Source: a virus
Lineage: Duplodnaviria > Caudoviricetes
DNA: 58,241 bases
Strand: one strand, 5' to 3'
Virus record (IMG/VR): IMGVR_UViG_3300046167_000364
Span: 1-58,241 of that record
The notes under the pieces were generated by a model that was not told the origin of the DNA, ran no database searches, and saw only the letters and a program-made list of their open reading frames with translations. Shown in pieces: positions 36,544-47,791 of the stretch (position 1 is its first letter; every line of letters begins with the position of its first letter). The position numbers were made by a program, and so were the translations under genes.

Positions 36544-36726
36544 ATGCCCAAGGAAACAACTAAGGCCGCGTTAGAGCATAAGATCAAGGTTTTAAACGAT
36601 CAGATTGCGGAGTTGGTGTACGAAAGAGACGCGCTGTTACGGATGTACATAGGAGATTTCGATGAAATCATTACTGATGCAGACTACACCGTTATTGCTA
36701 TTGATGACCTTAGCAATAAACGTTAA
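36544..36726 (+). CDS. Small coiled-coil protein (B only)
   Basis: Heptads; weak RBS; overlaps next gene by 65 nt. Confidence 0.45.
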   Translation: MPKETTKAALEHKIKVLNDQIAELVYERDALLRMYIGDFDEIITDADYTVIAIDDLSNKR

Positions 36727-37234
36727 TGCTCAGGAGCCTATTGTTACTGAGTCAACAACGAATAGCACCGTGACAACTAATGGCTCGATGGAGACGACTG
36801 TTAAGTCACCACCTCCATCGGCTATTTCTCCGCAGATTATCTCTAACGGCAACTCTGATCTCTGCACCTTTGGTGTAGCTGGAGCGGTACAAACGCAGAT
36901 CCTTGGTATTTCTATGGGGTCTACAATTCGTGATGAAAACTGCGAAAAGTTAAAGAACGCAAAAACCCTGTACGACATGGGTATGAAAGTAGCGGCTGTG
37001 TCAGTTATGTGCCAAGACCAACGAGTCTTTGATGCCATGATGAATGCAGGCACACCTTGCCCCTATGACGGACTTATAGGAGATCAGGCAAAGGAAGCAT
37101 GGGAGTCTGAAAAATTAGCCGTAGAGGTGGGCATAGTTGCCGACCCAAAAACAGAAGAAGGAGGGTTAGATGAAAAGCGTGCACAAGGCGCTGGTGCTGT
37201 TGCTGGCATCTTCAGCCTCTTACTCTTACTCTGA
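36662..37234 (+). CDS. Exported Cys beta-hairpin protein with hydrophobic C-terminus
   Basis: AGGAG RBS, signal peptide; homolog of 2954-3592. Confidence 0.8.
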   Translation: MKSLLMQTTPLLLLMTLAINVNAQEPIVTESTTNSTVTTNGSMETTVKSPPPSAISPQIISNGNSDLCTFGVAGAVQTQILGISMGSTIRDENCEKLKNAKTLYDMGMKVAAVSVMCQDQRVFDAMMNAGTPCPYDGLIGDQAKEAWESEKLAVEVGIVADPKTEEGGLDEKRAQGAGAVAGIFSLLLLL

Positions 37235-38027
37235 CACTATCTACGGTATTACATCCAATGCGGCCTCTAACGGCCTCAATTGGGTTATGAGCAACGTTTT
37301 GCCTCAACAGGCAGGGTTGCAGGTAAGTAGTGTTATTTACCAGTACACGGCGATTAAAGACCCAGAGGCGGATATGCTTGTTCATGTGCAGAATCAAAAT
37401 GCACAGGGTGATGGCTACGTCTTTCGTGAAACAGACGACTGGTCTGGACTTCCCGGCAACACGATCAACAAGGTTGTCGCTGTATCTGACATCCCTATCC
37501 AACTATGGGGCAATGGTGAGATAGAAGTTGAAGGGAGTGGGTTGGTCTCTAATCCTAACGTTTTGTACACATACAAGTACGACCCTTGCTATGACCCACA
37601 AAACAGTCCAGCTTGTCCTGGCTATATGCCTCCGATCCCTGAGCCTGAAACAGTAGATGTCTATGACGCACTAAATGACCAAAGCGTATTAGAGGCAACA
37701 GAAGAAACCGATCCTGACTTGTTTGACCGTGATGGTAAGAACAGGCGCGAAGCAAAACGTGAAGCTAGTGACCGGTTAGAACAAGGTTTAGCGGCCTCAG
37801 AGAATGCCCTAAATATTGCCAGCGGATCGGCGCAAGACTTTATGGTTGCGGCAATGGCCAATGAACAACGATTTGATCCATATTACATGGCCAAGATAAA
37901 CGGTGGTGTTTACATAGATACCGTAACACTGCCAACAAAAGATATACCTGACAATAAACGCGGCTTACGTAACAGCTTGGCACAGCAAGTGCTTCATCAA
38001 CAGATGGTCAAATCACAATACAAGTAA
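37170..38027 (+). CDS. Exported acidic protein
   Basis: GGAGG RBS; signal peptide; DPCYDPQNSPACPGY. Confidence 0.8.
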   Translation: MKSVHKALVLLLASSASYSYSDTIYGITSNAASNGLNWVMSNVLPQQAGLQVSSVIYQYTAIKDPEADMLVHVQNQNAQGDGYVFRETDDWSGLPGNTINKVVAVSDIPIQLWGNGEIEVEGSGLVSNPNVLYTYKYDPCYDPQNSPACPGYMPPIPEPETVDVYDALNDQSVLEATEETDPDLFDRDGKNRREAKREASDRLEQGLAASENALNIASGSAQDFMVAAMANEQRFDPYYMAKINGGVYIDTVTLPTKDIPDNKRGLRNSLAQQVLHQQMVKSQYK

Positions 38028-38036
38028 GGGTGGATA

Positions 38037-38531
38037 ATGAAGAAGCTAGCAATTACAGCATTAACAGTATTGGCGCTACCAGCGATAGCTGAAGAAGCCG
38101 TTATTACAGGCAACATTGAATCTAAGTGCGTTATTAACACTGACACTAACGGTGTCTTTGGTAACCCAGTAGCAGGTACTTTAAGCACCCTGCCAACTGA
38201 CGGCGGTGTTATGCCAATCATTCGCTATGACGTTGCACTAGGAGATGCTTACACAGCTCGCATTACTGCACCTAATAGCTTTAGTACCTCGCCTTCAATT
38301 GATGACGTTGTTAACTGGACGGCAGATGTTGAAGTTAGCGAAGTATCTGATACGGCTATGGCTGATTACGAAACTGACAAGATTGAATACGAGTACACGA
38401 CTGAGTTTGACATGCACACGGCTGGCACTACGTGGTTTAAGGTTACCAGTAAAGCTGAGTATGGCTACGGCAGGGCCTATCCTGCTGGTACTTACAGAGC
38501 CATTGTTATGGCGGAGTGTATAGCTAACTAA
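38037..38531 (+). CDS. Exported protein, fimbrial/spore-coat-U pilin-like
   Basis: Signal peptide; ITGNIESKCVI N-terminal strand; YPAGTYRAIVMAEC C-terminus. Confidence 0.55.
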   Translation: MKKLAITALTVLALPAIAEEAVITGNIESKCVINTDTNGVFGNPVAGTLSTLPTDGGVMPIIRYDVALGDAYTARITAPNSFSTSPSIDDVVNWTADVEVSEVSDTAMADYETDKIEYEYTTEFDMHTAGTTWFKVTSKAEYGYGRAYPAGTYRAIVMAECIAN

Positions 38532-38917
38532 TGAAAGCGATATACGCAACATTGGCATTAATTTTGGCGTCTGCAACGCAGGCCCATGAAATGCTTCCTA
38601 CTTACCCTCGCCTTGCACCTTCGTATGTAGAAGATGTAATGCAGGTAAAGATGCGTATGTTTAATAAACGGCAAGATGTTGAGTGGTATGAAGTAAGTGT
38701 TTTTGACGCTGAATGGAATCCAGTGCCATTTGTTACTGGCTACCGCATATTGAAGATAGAGTATCTCGCGCACGTTCGGTTTGACGTGTACATCAGAAAG
38801 GATGACGCAAAACGCGCAACGTATATCTGCTCTCGTTCTAAGCTTCGTCGCAATGATTATGAAGGTGCAATTATAGCTTCAAGGATATGCTCAAAATTTA
38901 AGGCTCCTGCGCTATGA
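38531..38917 (+). CDS. Exported protein, pilus-chaperone-like Ig fold
   Basis: Signal peptide; HEMLPTYP, MRMFNKR, YEVSVFD, YICSRS...SRICSK. Confidence 0.45.
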   Translation: MKAIYATLALILASATQAHEMLPTYPRLAPSYVEDVMQVKMRMFNKRQDVEWYEVSVFDAEWNPVPFVTGYRILKIEYLAHVRFDVYIRKDDAKRATYICSRSKLRRNDYEGAIIASRICSKFKAPAL

Positions 38918-39333
38918 AAAGGCTTGCATGGATATTGCCTCTTTTTTGCGTAAATGCGTACGGGCAGAACAACTCTCTTAACTTACAGCTTCCTAGTGGG
39001 CCAACCAGCTATCAGTCTGACAAGTTTCGTGCAGGCGATCTTGACTGCTCAAACGCGATAGGAGGCGGAACAAACTTAGAGTTTGGCGTTACAGGGATCA
39101 TTAACGATGCGGAAGACCCGTTTAGCAATAGAGATCCTATTACGCCTCAGCGCAAGGATATTGGCGTGTATGCGCGAATTGTTATACCGCTTGATGGCCC
39201 AGAGGAAAGAATTAACTGCAACACGCTTTACAAGTTAGAGCTAGAAAAGAAACAGCTTGAGGTGTTGAAGCTACGACGCGAGGTAGAGAACCTACGCAGA
39301 ATGGCGTCAAGCGATCAGGAGTTTGAGAATTGA
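38914..39333 (+). CDS. Exported Cys-bounded beta-hairpin protein with C-terminal coiled coil
   Basis: Signal peptide; C-SNAIGGGTNLEFGVTG...GVYARIVIPL...INC. Confidence 0.75.
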   Translation: MKRLAWILPLFCVNAYGQNNSLNLQLPSGPTSYQSDKFRAGDLDCSNAIGGGTNLEFGVTGIINDAEDPFSNRDPITPQRKDIGVYARIVIPLDGPEERINCNTLYKLELEKKQLEVLKLRREVENLRRMASSDQEFEN

Positions 39334-39836
39334 GTGAAGACATTGATGACCAAATTAAAATGGTTACAGGTCATGTGTCTCGAATGTCATGGGGCGCTAG
39401 GATTGCGGCTTTTGGCGCGGCAAGTAGTTTGTGTGGTGCTTTGTATGGAGGCTTCTTGATGTATCAAAAGGTAGAAGAAGTTGCCAGCTTAGATTTGGGT
39501 GCATACCAACAGCAAATGGAGGTTATGGATACCAAGGTTACAGAAGCCGTTGAGTATTCTCGCGACATTAAGAACGGATTGCGCGATGATATACTCCGAA
39601 TCGAACAGCAAGCGGATCGTACAGAAGACTTAGTACGTAGCACTACTCGCGAACTGCGTGATTCAATGGATAATGTAGAGACCGAGGTGCGTCAAATAAT
39701 TGACACTGCTGAGGATAGGTTTGAGGCTAGGCGTGAGCAGTTGCGTTCTTCTCAAGATCAAGACATGAAGGAGTTGGAAGAGCGATTAGAGGCGTTAGTC
39801 CAAAGATCATTAGATAATCCACTGGCGGATAAGTAA
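39330..39836 (+). CDS. Membrane-anchored coiled-coil protein ending in NPL
   Basis: TTG start with AGGAG; one TM helix then heptads; LDNPLADK. Confidence 0.7.
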   Translation: MSEDIDDQIKMVTGHVSRMSWGARIAAFGAASSLCGALYGGFLMYQKVEEVASLDLGAYQQQMEVMDTKVTEAVEYSRDIKNGLRDDILRIEQQADRTEDLVRSTTRELRDSMDNVETEVRQIIDTAEDRFEARREQLRSSQDQDMKELEERLEALVQRSLDNPLADK

Positions 39837-40042
39837 TGAGTGCGGCAGAAGAGGCATTAAAAAGAATAGAGGTTCATCAGGCAGAGTGCGAGATCCTTCG
39901 CAAATCTATTGATGACAGGTTAGATCGAATTGAAAGACGGCTTGATGATGGTAATGGGCAGTTTAAAAGACTTGAGAACATGATCTGGGGAAACACCATC
40001 TTGATTGTGGGCATATTAAAAGGCTTGGAGTATTTAGGATGA
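39836..40042 (+). CDS. Small coiled-coil/TM protein
   Basis: Homolog of 4896-5102. Confidence 0.7.
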   Translation: MSAAEEALKRIEVHQAECEILRKSIDDRLDRIERRLDDGNGQFKRLENMIWGNTILIVGILKGLEYLG

Positions 40043-40515
40043 AGTTTGATGCAATTAAAGGCTTAGTTGGCGATCTTGCTCCTACTCTTGGAGCGGCTCT
40101 AGGAGGCCCTGTAGGCGGTGCGGCGGCAGGAATGATAGCGCAAGTGCTAGGTTGCGAGCCTACACCACAGAAGATTGAAAAGGCTCTACAGACGGCAACA
40201 CCTGAGCAACTGGCTGAAATTAAAAAGGCTGAGCTTGACTTTGAAGTCAGGATGAAAGAGCTTGAAGTTGATGTATTCGCGTTAGAAACGAAGGATATAC
40301 AACATGCTAGGGAATCATTCTCAGAGGATTGGACAGCAAGATCTATCGCCATTATTTCCATATTGCTGTTTGGCGGATATGTGTTTCTTGTAACGCTTCA
40401 ACCTGCCGATGATAATGACTTGAATGTAGTCAATCTTGTTCTCGGATACCTGGGTGGCATCGTGTCTTCTGTGGTGAGCTTTTACTTTGGCGCTAGCAAG
40501 TCAGGATCTAAGTAA
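40039..40515 (+). CDS. Putative holin (3TM-like)
   Basis: Homolog of 5099-5575. Confidence 0.7.
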   Translation: MKFDAIKGLVGDLAPTLGAALGGPVGGAAAGMIAQVLGCEPTPQKIEKALQTATPEQLAEIKKAELDFEVRMKELEVDVFALETKDIQHARESFSEDWTARSIAIISILLFGGYVFLVTLQPADDNDLNVVNLVLGYLGGIVSSVVSFYFGASKSGSK

Positions 40516-40524
40516 GGAAAAAAC

Positions 40525-43500
40525 ATGGCAGAACGTGGCTGGTTTAAAAATAGTGAGTTTAGTCCTGACCAGTGGATGGAGCTTCTTAATAATTACTTAC
40601 GTGTTTATTACGAAGATCAAGATTCAGACGACATGGACAGAGTTTACCGTGGTCAAGAAGCACAAGCATTAACTCGTTTATTTAACGACTATGCAAACGG
40701 TGAAGCAACTGTTGACGATCTTGTTGCTTTTGAAATTGATTTTCTTAGTGACGTAGACGGTGTTACTGAATGGTGGGATCAAACTGTTTCTATTGCAGAA
40801 ACAGATAGAATTATTGAAACTTTAGAAACTAACCCGTCTGATCTTGCAAACATACCTGCACCTACAGGAACAAAGACTAACGAATATTTAGAAACTACAG
40901 CTATGTCTTTTGTAGGAACTACTCCTACAAGCCCTATTACTACTGTTGGTGGTCCCAGTGGACAAACAATAGTTATTCGTGGCGGCACTGGCGTTACTAT
41001 GAGCATTCCTCAAGTACTGGAAAGCGGTAGCATAAAAGATTTATTAGGGGTAATGGTTCCTTATATACCGGGGGTTTCTTTACCTAACTGGCTTCCTACT
41101 GCTGGCGTTATTTTTCTTCCTACAATAAAAGACGCTGTAGAAAAAGTAGAAGAAATTATTACTGAAGTAGATATTTCAGGAGCTTGGGAAGAAGGCGACA
41201 TTGGTGAAGTAATACGAGATATTGGTGAAATTGTTGTTGGTGCTGGCACAGCCGCTGCTGATGTTATTGAAGAAAAAGTAAAAGAAGTTATAGGCGGAGT
41301 TGTAGGAGGCGTTACAGATCCAACACAAGCAGGCGCTGTTCTTGGTGGTGTTTTAGCAGGTAGTTTTCCCTCTGGCATCCCTGATTGGCTGGGCGGCATT
41401 CTTTCAGAAAATGTAGGCAGGGCTGTTTATGGTGCGGCACGTAATGTCTTGGTTAACTCAGGCACAGCAACCGAAGAACAGCTTCCACTTACTCAAGAAA
41501 CGCCAGAGCAAGACCCTGCCCTTATGTTTACTCACAGGGGTGACAACTACTTTGTTAACAGCGAATCAAACGAATACTTTCAGCTAGAAGAAGATGCAGA
41601 GTTAGAGTTTGATGTAGATGGCCTTTACTCAAGAGCAGACCTAGAAGAAACCGGTTTAGAAACGCTGGAGTCTGGCACGTATCAATCGCTACTTGATGAC
41701 TACTCTTTCTATGCGCTTACAGAAGACATATATCAGTATCCTATTAAAGAGTTGGTAAAGCGGTTTGAAGAGGAAGGGGGTATTATGCCCGGAGACTTCA
41801 ACTTGATGGATGACGAGTCTCAGTACGATTTCTTTATAAATGAGTTTTTTAATCCAACGCCTACTAGGCAAGCGCCTATTGTTACTGACCCTGAGCCTGA
41901 ACCCGAGCCTGCTCCTCAGCCTGAACCCGAGCCTGCTCCTCAGCCTGAACCCGAGCCTGAATCAGATGCGCCTATTACAGAGGAAATTTTTTCAGATATC
42001 CTTGGAGAGACTGAAGCCAATATTCTTCAGGGAATTGCAGATTTTGGTTTTACCACTCCAGAAGACATAGTTAATGCCATTAATGAAGCCGGCTTACTAA
42101 CACCAGAAAATCTAGCAACAACATTAGCCGCCGCCGGTTTTGCTACCCCAGAAGACATTGGTACTGCTTTAGCCAATTCGGGCTTTGCCACACCTCAAGA
42201 CATTTCAGATGCTTTGTCAGCGGCTGGCTTCGCCACGCCTGAAGACTTAGCTACAGCACTTTCTAATGCAGGGTATGCAACGCCAGAAGATTTAGTTACA
42301 GCATTGTCTGAAACAGGCTTTGCTACTCCTGAAGACATTGCTACTGCCTTAACAAATGCAGGTTTAGTTACACCTCAAGATCTTGCAGATGCGTTTGATG
42401 CCGCAGGATTGGCAACACCGCAAGATGTTATTGATGCCATTTCTGCCGCAGGTCTTGCAACGCCTCAGGACATTGTTGATGCGTTAGACGCTTTTGGATT
42501 TACTGAGGCACAGCTAGAACAAATTGCAGGCGCACTGCCGGAAGGGTTGACGACTGACCAACTAAACACCGCACTGAACGATGCGCTAGCTGGCATTGCT
42601 ACAGGCACAGATCTTGATACTGCCACCACAACAATTACAGACGCTATTAGCGGTTTAGGTTTTGCCACAGCAGAAGATGTAAGAACGGCTTTAGAAGAGT
42701 TTGGGTTTACTGATGCTCAACTTGAACAAATTGTAGAGGCGCTTCCTGAGGGGATTAGTGCTTCAGACTTAAGTACTGCTCTAGAGGGCATCGTAGTAGG
42801 CGCAGACTTAGACACCGCAGTTACAACCATTACCGATGCCATTAGTGGACTTTCATTTGCAACAGCGGAAGACGTAAGGACAGCCTTATCAGAGTTTGGA
42901 TTTACCGATGCGCAGTTAGAGCAGATTGTTAATGCTTTACCAGAAGGTTTAAGCCTGACCGATGTAGAAGGCGCTTTATCTACTGCTTTAACAGGAATTG
43001 CTACAGGCGAAGATTTAACCAACGCAGTAACAACTATTACTGACGCTTTTTCTAACTTAGATGTAGCAAGTGCTCAGGATGTTCGTGACGCTTTATCTCA
43101 GTTTAACTTTAGCGAAGAACAACTAAATCAAATTGTTAATGCCTTACCAGAAGGTTTAAGCACAGAAGACCTAGCCACTGCTTTAGAAAACGTAGTTGTA
43201 GGAGCAGATCTAGACACTGCGGTTACAACAATTACGGACGCTATTGGCGGCTTAGATATTGCTTCAGCTCAAGATGTCAGAGATGCACTTGCTGAGTTTA
43301 ATTTTACTGAAGACCAACTAAACCAAATTATTAATGCTTTGCCGGAAGGGTTAAGTACAGATGACTTAACTACTGCTCTTAGTGATGTGGTTGTAGGCGA
43401 CGATTTAACTGCCGCTGTTACAACAATTACTGATGCAATTGGTGGTTTAGATATAGCAAGCCCGGATGACGTTAGGAACATCCTTTCTAACTATGGGTTT

Positions 43501-44619
43501 ACTGATGCACAGCTACAGCAAATTGTTGGTGCATTACCAGAAGGTTTGTCTCTTGCAGATGTAACCGGCGCACTAGAAACGGCAATGTCAGGTATTGCGT
43601 TAGGAACTGATATTGATTCAGCTACTAACACTATTACTGACGCCATTAGTGGATTAGCTTTTGCTACACCAGAAGATGTTGCTAATGCGCTTACCCAGTT
43701 TGGATTTACAGAAGATCAACTAAACCAGATAGCAAGCGTTATTCCCGAAGGTCTAAGCATTTCTGATCTTAACGACGCATTAGGCAGTGCTCTATCAGGT
43801 ATTGCTCTTGGCTCTGATCTAGAGACAGCAACAACGACAATCACTGACGCTATTGGCGGATTAAACTTTGCAACGGCAGATGATGTTGCTAACGCACTTG
43901 CTAACTTCGGTTTTAGTGAGGATCAGCTAAACCAAATTGCCGGAGTTATTCCTGAGGGTTTAAGTCTCAATGATTTAAATAACGCGCTTGGCAATGCTTT
44001 ATCTGGCATTGCGCTGGGCACTGACCTTGATACTGCAACATCCACGATTACGGACGCTATTGGTGGCCTTAGCTTTGCAACAGCTCAAGATGTCCAAGAC
44101 GCTCTTACTGCATTTAACTTTACTGAAAGCCAGCTCAATCAAATCTCTGGATTGCTTCCTGACAACTTAACTCAAACGCAAGTACAAGACTTATTAACTA
44201 CTTCGTTAAGCGGTGTTTCAACACAAGAAAATGTAGATGAGGCTTTTGCAACACTAACTACTAACCTAACTGCTAATTTAGGCGAGCTTGCTGAAGGCCA
44301 AGAAGAAATTCTTACAGGGCAAGAAGGTTTGTTTGGTGGGCAACAAGACATCCTTACAGGCGTTGGTGAAGAAAGCCAAAGGCTAGAAGACATCATTATG
44401 TCTAGCACTGGGTTGCTTGCGGCAATTGGCGCAGGTGGCCTTGGTGGCGCGCCTGCTAGACCTAGGCCGGAACCATATAGACCTTATATGGAAAAGTTAG
44501 ATTATGCGCCGGGTATGGTTGAAGCTTTAAAGCCGCAACAACAGGTAGACTACAACAAGGAAGTCGATAGGCTTTTAACAATGGGAATGGGTGGTAGAAA
44601 ACAGGGAATGCTTGTATGA
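40525..44619 (+). CDS. Giant hyper-acidic repeat protein (1364 aa)
   Basis: Ten 15-aa and nine 65/69-aa repeats; homolog of 5585-8632. Confidence 0.85.
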   Translation: MAERGWFKNSEFSPDQWMELLNNYLRVYYEDQDSDDMDRVYRGQEAQALTRLFNDYANGEATVDDLVAFEIDFLSDVDGVTEWWDQTVSIAETDRIIETLETNPSDLANIPAPTGTKTNEYLETTAMSFVGTTPTSPITTVGGPSGQTIVIRGGTGVTMSIPQVLESGSIKDLLGVMVPYIPGVSLPNWLPTAGVIFLPTIKDAVEKVEEIITEVDISGAWEEGDIGEVIRDIGEIVVGAGTAAADVIEEKVKEVIGGVVGGVTDPTQAGAVLGGVLAGSFPSGIPDWLGGILSENVGRAVYGAARNVLVNSGTATEEQLPLTQETPEQDPALMFTHRGDNYFVNSESNEYFQLEEDAELEFDVDGLYSRADLEETGLETLESGTYQSLLDDYSFYALTEDIYQYPIKELVKRFEEEGGIMPGDFNLMDDESQYDFFINEFFNPTPTRQAPIVTDPEPEPEPAPQPEPEPAPQPEPEPESDAPITEEIFSDILGETEANILQGIADFGFTTPEDIVNAINEAGLLTPENLATTLAAAGFATPEDIGTALANSGFATPQDISDALSAAGFATPEDLATALSNAGYATPEDLVTALSETGFATPEDIATALTNAGLVTPQDLADAFDAAGLATPQDVIDAISAAGLATPQDIVDALDAFGFTEAQLEQIAGALPEGLTTDQLNTALNDALAGIATGTDLDTATTTITDAISGLGFATAEDVRTALEEFGFTDAQLEQIVEALPEGISASDLSTALEGIVVGADLDTAVTTITDAISGLSFATAEDVRTALSEFGFTDAQLEQIVNALPEGLSLTDVEGALSTALTGIATGEDLTNAVTTITDAFSNLDVASAQDVRDALSQFNFSEEQLNQIVNALPEGLSTEDLATALENVVVGADLDTAVTTITDAIGGLDIASAQDVRDALAEFNFTEDQLNQIINALPEGLSTDDLTTALSDVVVGDDLTAAVTTITDAIGGLDIASPDDVRNILSNYGFTDAQLQQIVGALPEGLSLADVTGALETAMSGIALGTDIDSATNTITDAISGLAFATPEDVANALTQFGFTEDQLNQIASVIPEGLSISDLNDALGSALSGIALGSDLETATTTITDAIGGLNFATADDVANALANFGFSEDQLNQIAGVIPEGLSLNDLNNALGNALSGIALGTDLDTATSTITDAIGGLSFATAQDVQDALTAFNFTESQLNQISGLLPDNLTQTQVQDLLTTSLSGVSTQENVDEAFATLTTNLTANLGELAEGQEEILTGQEGLFGGQQDILTGVGEESQRLEDIIMSSTGLLAAIGAGGLGGAPARPRPEPYRPYMEKLDYAPGMVEALKPQQQVDYNKEVDRLLTMGMGGRKQGMLV

Positions 44620-45264
44620 CATACCTCAACTTAATGAATAATGTTCTTCGCCGTTTGCGTGAAGAAGAAGTAACAAACGTTACTGCTACCACTTACTCAA
44701 AGATGGTTAGTGACTACATTAATGACGCAAAAAAAATGGTTGAAGAAGGCTACAGACTGGTCTGCTCTTCGAGAAACAATCATTGTAACAACAGCCGCAT
44801 CTGACAATACCTACTCACTTACAGGTGCTGGCAACAACGTCAAAGTAATGTCAGTAATCAATGATACTCAAAACTGCTTCATGGAGTATCAGACTAAAGA
44901 TTGGTTTAACGATGCGCTGTACATCGCTAATGCTGTAGAGGGTGCGCCTAAATACTTTACCTATAACAGCGTTGATGGAAGCGGCGATACTCAGGTGTTA
45001 GTTGGCCCTACACCAGATGGCGTCTATACGCTTCGATTCGATGTAGTCAAAAGACAAGCCGATCTATTTAGCAACACTGACACCCTTTTAGTTCCTGCAA
45101 TGCCTGTTGTTCATTTGACGGTAGCATTGCTTGCGCGTGAGCGTGGCGAGACAGGCGGTACTTCTGCCGCTGAATACTTCGCCGTTGCTGACAGGTTCTT
45201 ATCTGACGCTATCGCTATAGACGCGGCCAAGCATCCAGAAGAGATGGTATTTAGGACGGTTTGA
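44616..45264 (+). CDS. Tail adaptor, +1 A near 44746
   Basis: GAAGAAGGCT vs GAAGAGGCT in A; otherwise near-identical. Confidence 0.75.
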
Positions 45265-45265
45265 T

Positions 45266-46790
45266 ATGGCTCAACAACTGCAAAGTATTAATCTTGTAGC
45301 ACCTGCTTTTAAGGGTGTTAACACTGAGGACTCTCCGCTTGCGCAAGATCCATCTTTTGCTGAGGTTGCGGATAATGCCGTAATCGACAAGCGAGGACGT
45401 ATTGCCGCACGCAAGGGCCACAGCGTTACTACAACCAATAAGACTGTACTTGGCAGTGATTCCATTCGGTCTATTAAAGAGTTCCGTGATGACGGCGGCA
45501 ACACTAAAATCTTCTCTGTTGGCAACAACAAGATCATTAGTGGTACAACCACGTTAGGTCGATGAGACTCCCGGCAGTTATACAATCACCGCTGATAACT
45601 GGAAGATGGTTACGTTTAATGACAAGATTTATTTCTTTCAAGGAACTTATGAGCCTCTTGTCTATGACAATGCAAGCGGATCAGTAGTCAAGTTAAGCAC
45701 GGTTGCAGGCGCTTCCGGCGCTTCTGACATACCTAAATCAAACGAAGTGTTAGCGGCATACGGTCGTCTTTGGTGTGCTGACATAAGCAACAACAAATCT
45801 ACTGTTTTCTGGTCTGACCTATTAATCGGTCAAAACTGGACAGGCGGTACTAGTGGCTCTATTGATATCTCCAAAGTATGGCCTGACGGCTATGACGAGA
45901 TTGTTGCGTTAGCCGCACATAATAGTCTTCTTATCATCTTTGGTAAGCACAGTATTGTGGCTTATCAAGGCGCTGAAGCTCCAGCAAGCATGACCCTAGC
46001 AGATACCGTTGCAGGTGTGGGTTGTGTAGATAGAGATACCGTGCAGTACACAGGCACTGATGTCTTGTTCTTATCACATACTGGCCTCAAAAGCTTTGGG
46101 CGAACAATCCAAGAGAAGTCTTTGCCGATTAGTAGCCTGTCAGGAAACATTACCAAGGACATTATTAACTCGCTACAAACAGAGAGTAGCTTCTTTAGAT
46201 CCGTGTATAGCCCAGAAGAAGGCTTCTATCTTTTAACGTTTGTTGGTCAGGATATTACGTATTGCTTTGACGTTCGCGGCACAACAGAAAATGGTTCGTA
46301 CCGTGTAACCCGCTGGGTATCTACAGGATTTACTTCGTATGCCAGAAAAGAAAATGGCGATCTACTGATTGGCACATCTAACGGGATTAGCGAGTACACA
46401 GGTTATACCGACAATGCTACGCCGTACCGATTTAAGTATTACAGCCCAAGCCTAACGTTTGGCGATAGCTCACGAATTAAGATCCTTAAAAAACTCAAGC
46501 CAACACTAGTAGGCGCAAACAATGCCACGGTGTTTTTGAAGTGGGCGTATGACTTTGAAGGTACGTACTCAACGGCTGAGTTTACGGTAGGTGACCAGAT
46601 AACAGGATTCTTTGGCGAGAGTGAGTATACGGCGGTTGAGTTTACTGGCGGCGCACTAACTAACCAAAGAAGTCTTAATGCAACGGGCTACGGCACTAGC
46701 GTTGTTGTGGGTTTAGAGGCGGATATTGATGGCTCTCAGCTATCACTACAAGAAATTAACGTAATGGCTTTGATAGGAAAGCTACTTTAA
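45266..46790 (+). CDS. Tail nozzle, +1 G at 45557-45558
   Basis: TTAGGTC vs TTAGTC in A. Confidence 0.75.
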
Positions 46791-46802
46791 CGGGAGTACA
46801 CA

Positions 46803-47789
46803 ATGGACGACGAATACAACATTGGCACACCATCTGATGTTCTTGGGGCGGGAGCTACGGGAAGTAATCCTATCATGGATGCTAGCAATGCTTTATCAGG
46901 AGGCGGCAACGGCTTCTTTGATTTCCTAGGAGGTCTTGCTGATTATGCAACCCAGCCCGGCGTTTTACTCCCAGGCATTCTTGGCGGCCTGCTTACGGGC
47001 GAAGCTTATGGGCGGTTAAGCGACATAGGGAAACAAGCACGAACAGGCGCAGAAGCATTAGCCGAACAGCAACTACAGCAAACGCAGTTTAGGCCGTTTA
47101 CTGTAACCACTGCTACTGGCGCTGGCTTTGGTACCCGTGTTGACCCTATTACTGGTGAAGTCAAAACAACCATGGGCCTATCTCCACAAGAACAAGCAAT
47201 GCAGTCACAGCTCTTAGGTGGCGCTGGCGGATTCTTTACAGGCGCCATGCAAGACCCTGCTATTCGTGAGCAAGAGCTATACGGGCAAATTAGGGCGGCT
47301 ACCGAAGCTGATGAGCGCATGGAGCGTCTTGGCTTGGAAGAGCGTCTAGCGGCTCAAGGCAGGCTCGGAGTGCGTACAGCGCAGTTTGGCGGCACACCAG
47401 AGCAGTTGGCTATGGAGCGGGCGCAACAACAAGCTATGGCTCAAGCAAGGCTTGGTGCGGCACAGCAAGCACGTCAAGAGCAAGTCCAACAATCTCAATT
47501 AGGCGGTCAGTTTTTGGGAATGGGCTACGTACCACAGCAACAACTTCTTGCGGCTACTCAACCTTCACAGCAGTTGGCGGCACTACAACAGCAGGCGCAG
47601 TTGCAAGGTGCTGGATTGTTTGGAGAGGCTTCTATGTCTGGCCTGGAATCACAGCTTATTGCAGAGCAAGCAAGAGCAAACTTGCTGGGCCAAATGGGTA
47701 CGGGTTTGTTAAGCGGCGCCTTTACACCACAGCAAACATCGCCAACAGAATCAATGGTTGGCAACTTTATTAGACAGCTTGGAGGCTAA
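46803..47789 (+). CDS. Putative ejection protein 1
   Basis: Same as 10814 protein except N-terminal ~30 aa. Confidence 0.6.
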   Translation: MDDEYNIGTPSDVLGAGATGSNPIMDASNALSGGGNGFFDFLGGLADYATQPGVLLPGILGGLLTGEAYGRLSDIGKQARTGAEALAEQQLQQTQFRPFTVTTATGAGFGTRVDPITGEVKTTMGLSPQEQAMQSQLLGGAGGFFTGAMQDPAIREQELYGQIRAATEADERMERLGLEERLAAQGRLGVRTAQFGGTPEQLAMERAQQQAMAQARLGAAQQARQEQVQQSQLGGQFLGMGYVPQQQLLAATQPSQQLAALQQQAQLQGAGLFGEASMSGLESQLIAEQARANLLGQMGTGLLSGAFTPQQTSPTESMVGNFIRQLGG

Positions 47790-47791
47790 CA

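Noticed and set aside
44616-46790. Programmed frameshifts or pseudogenes in B tail genes
   Set aside because: The A copies are intact, each break is a lone inserted base, and there is no other decay.
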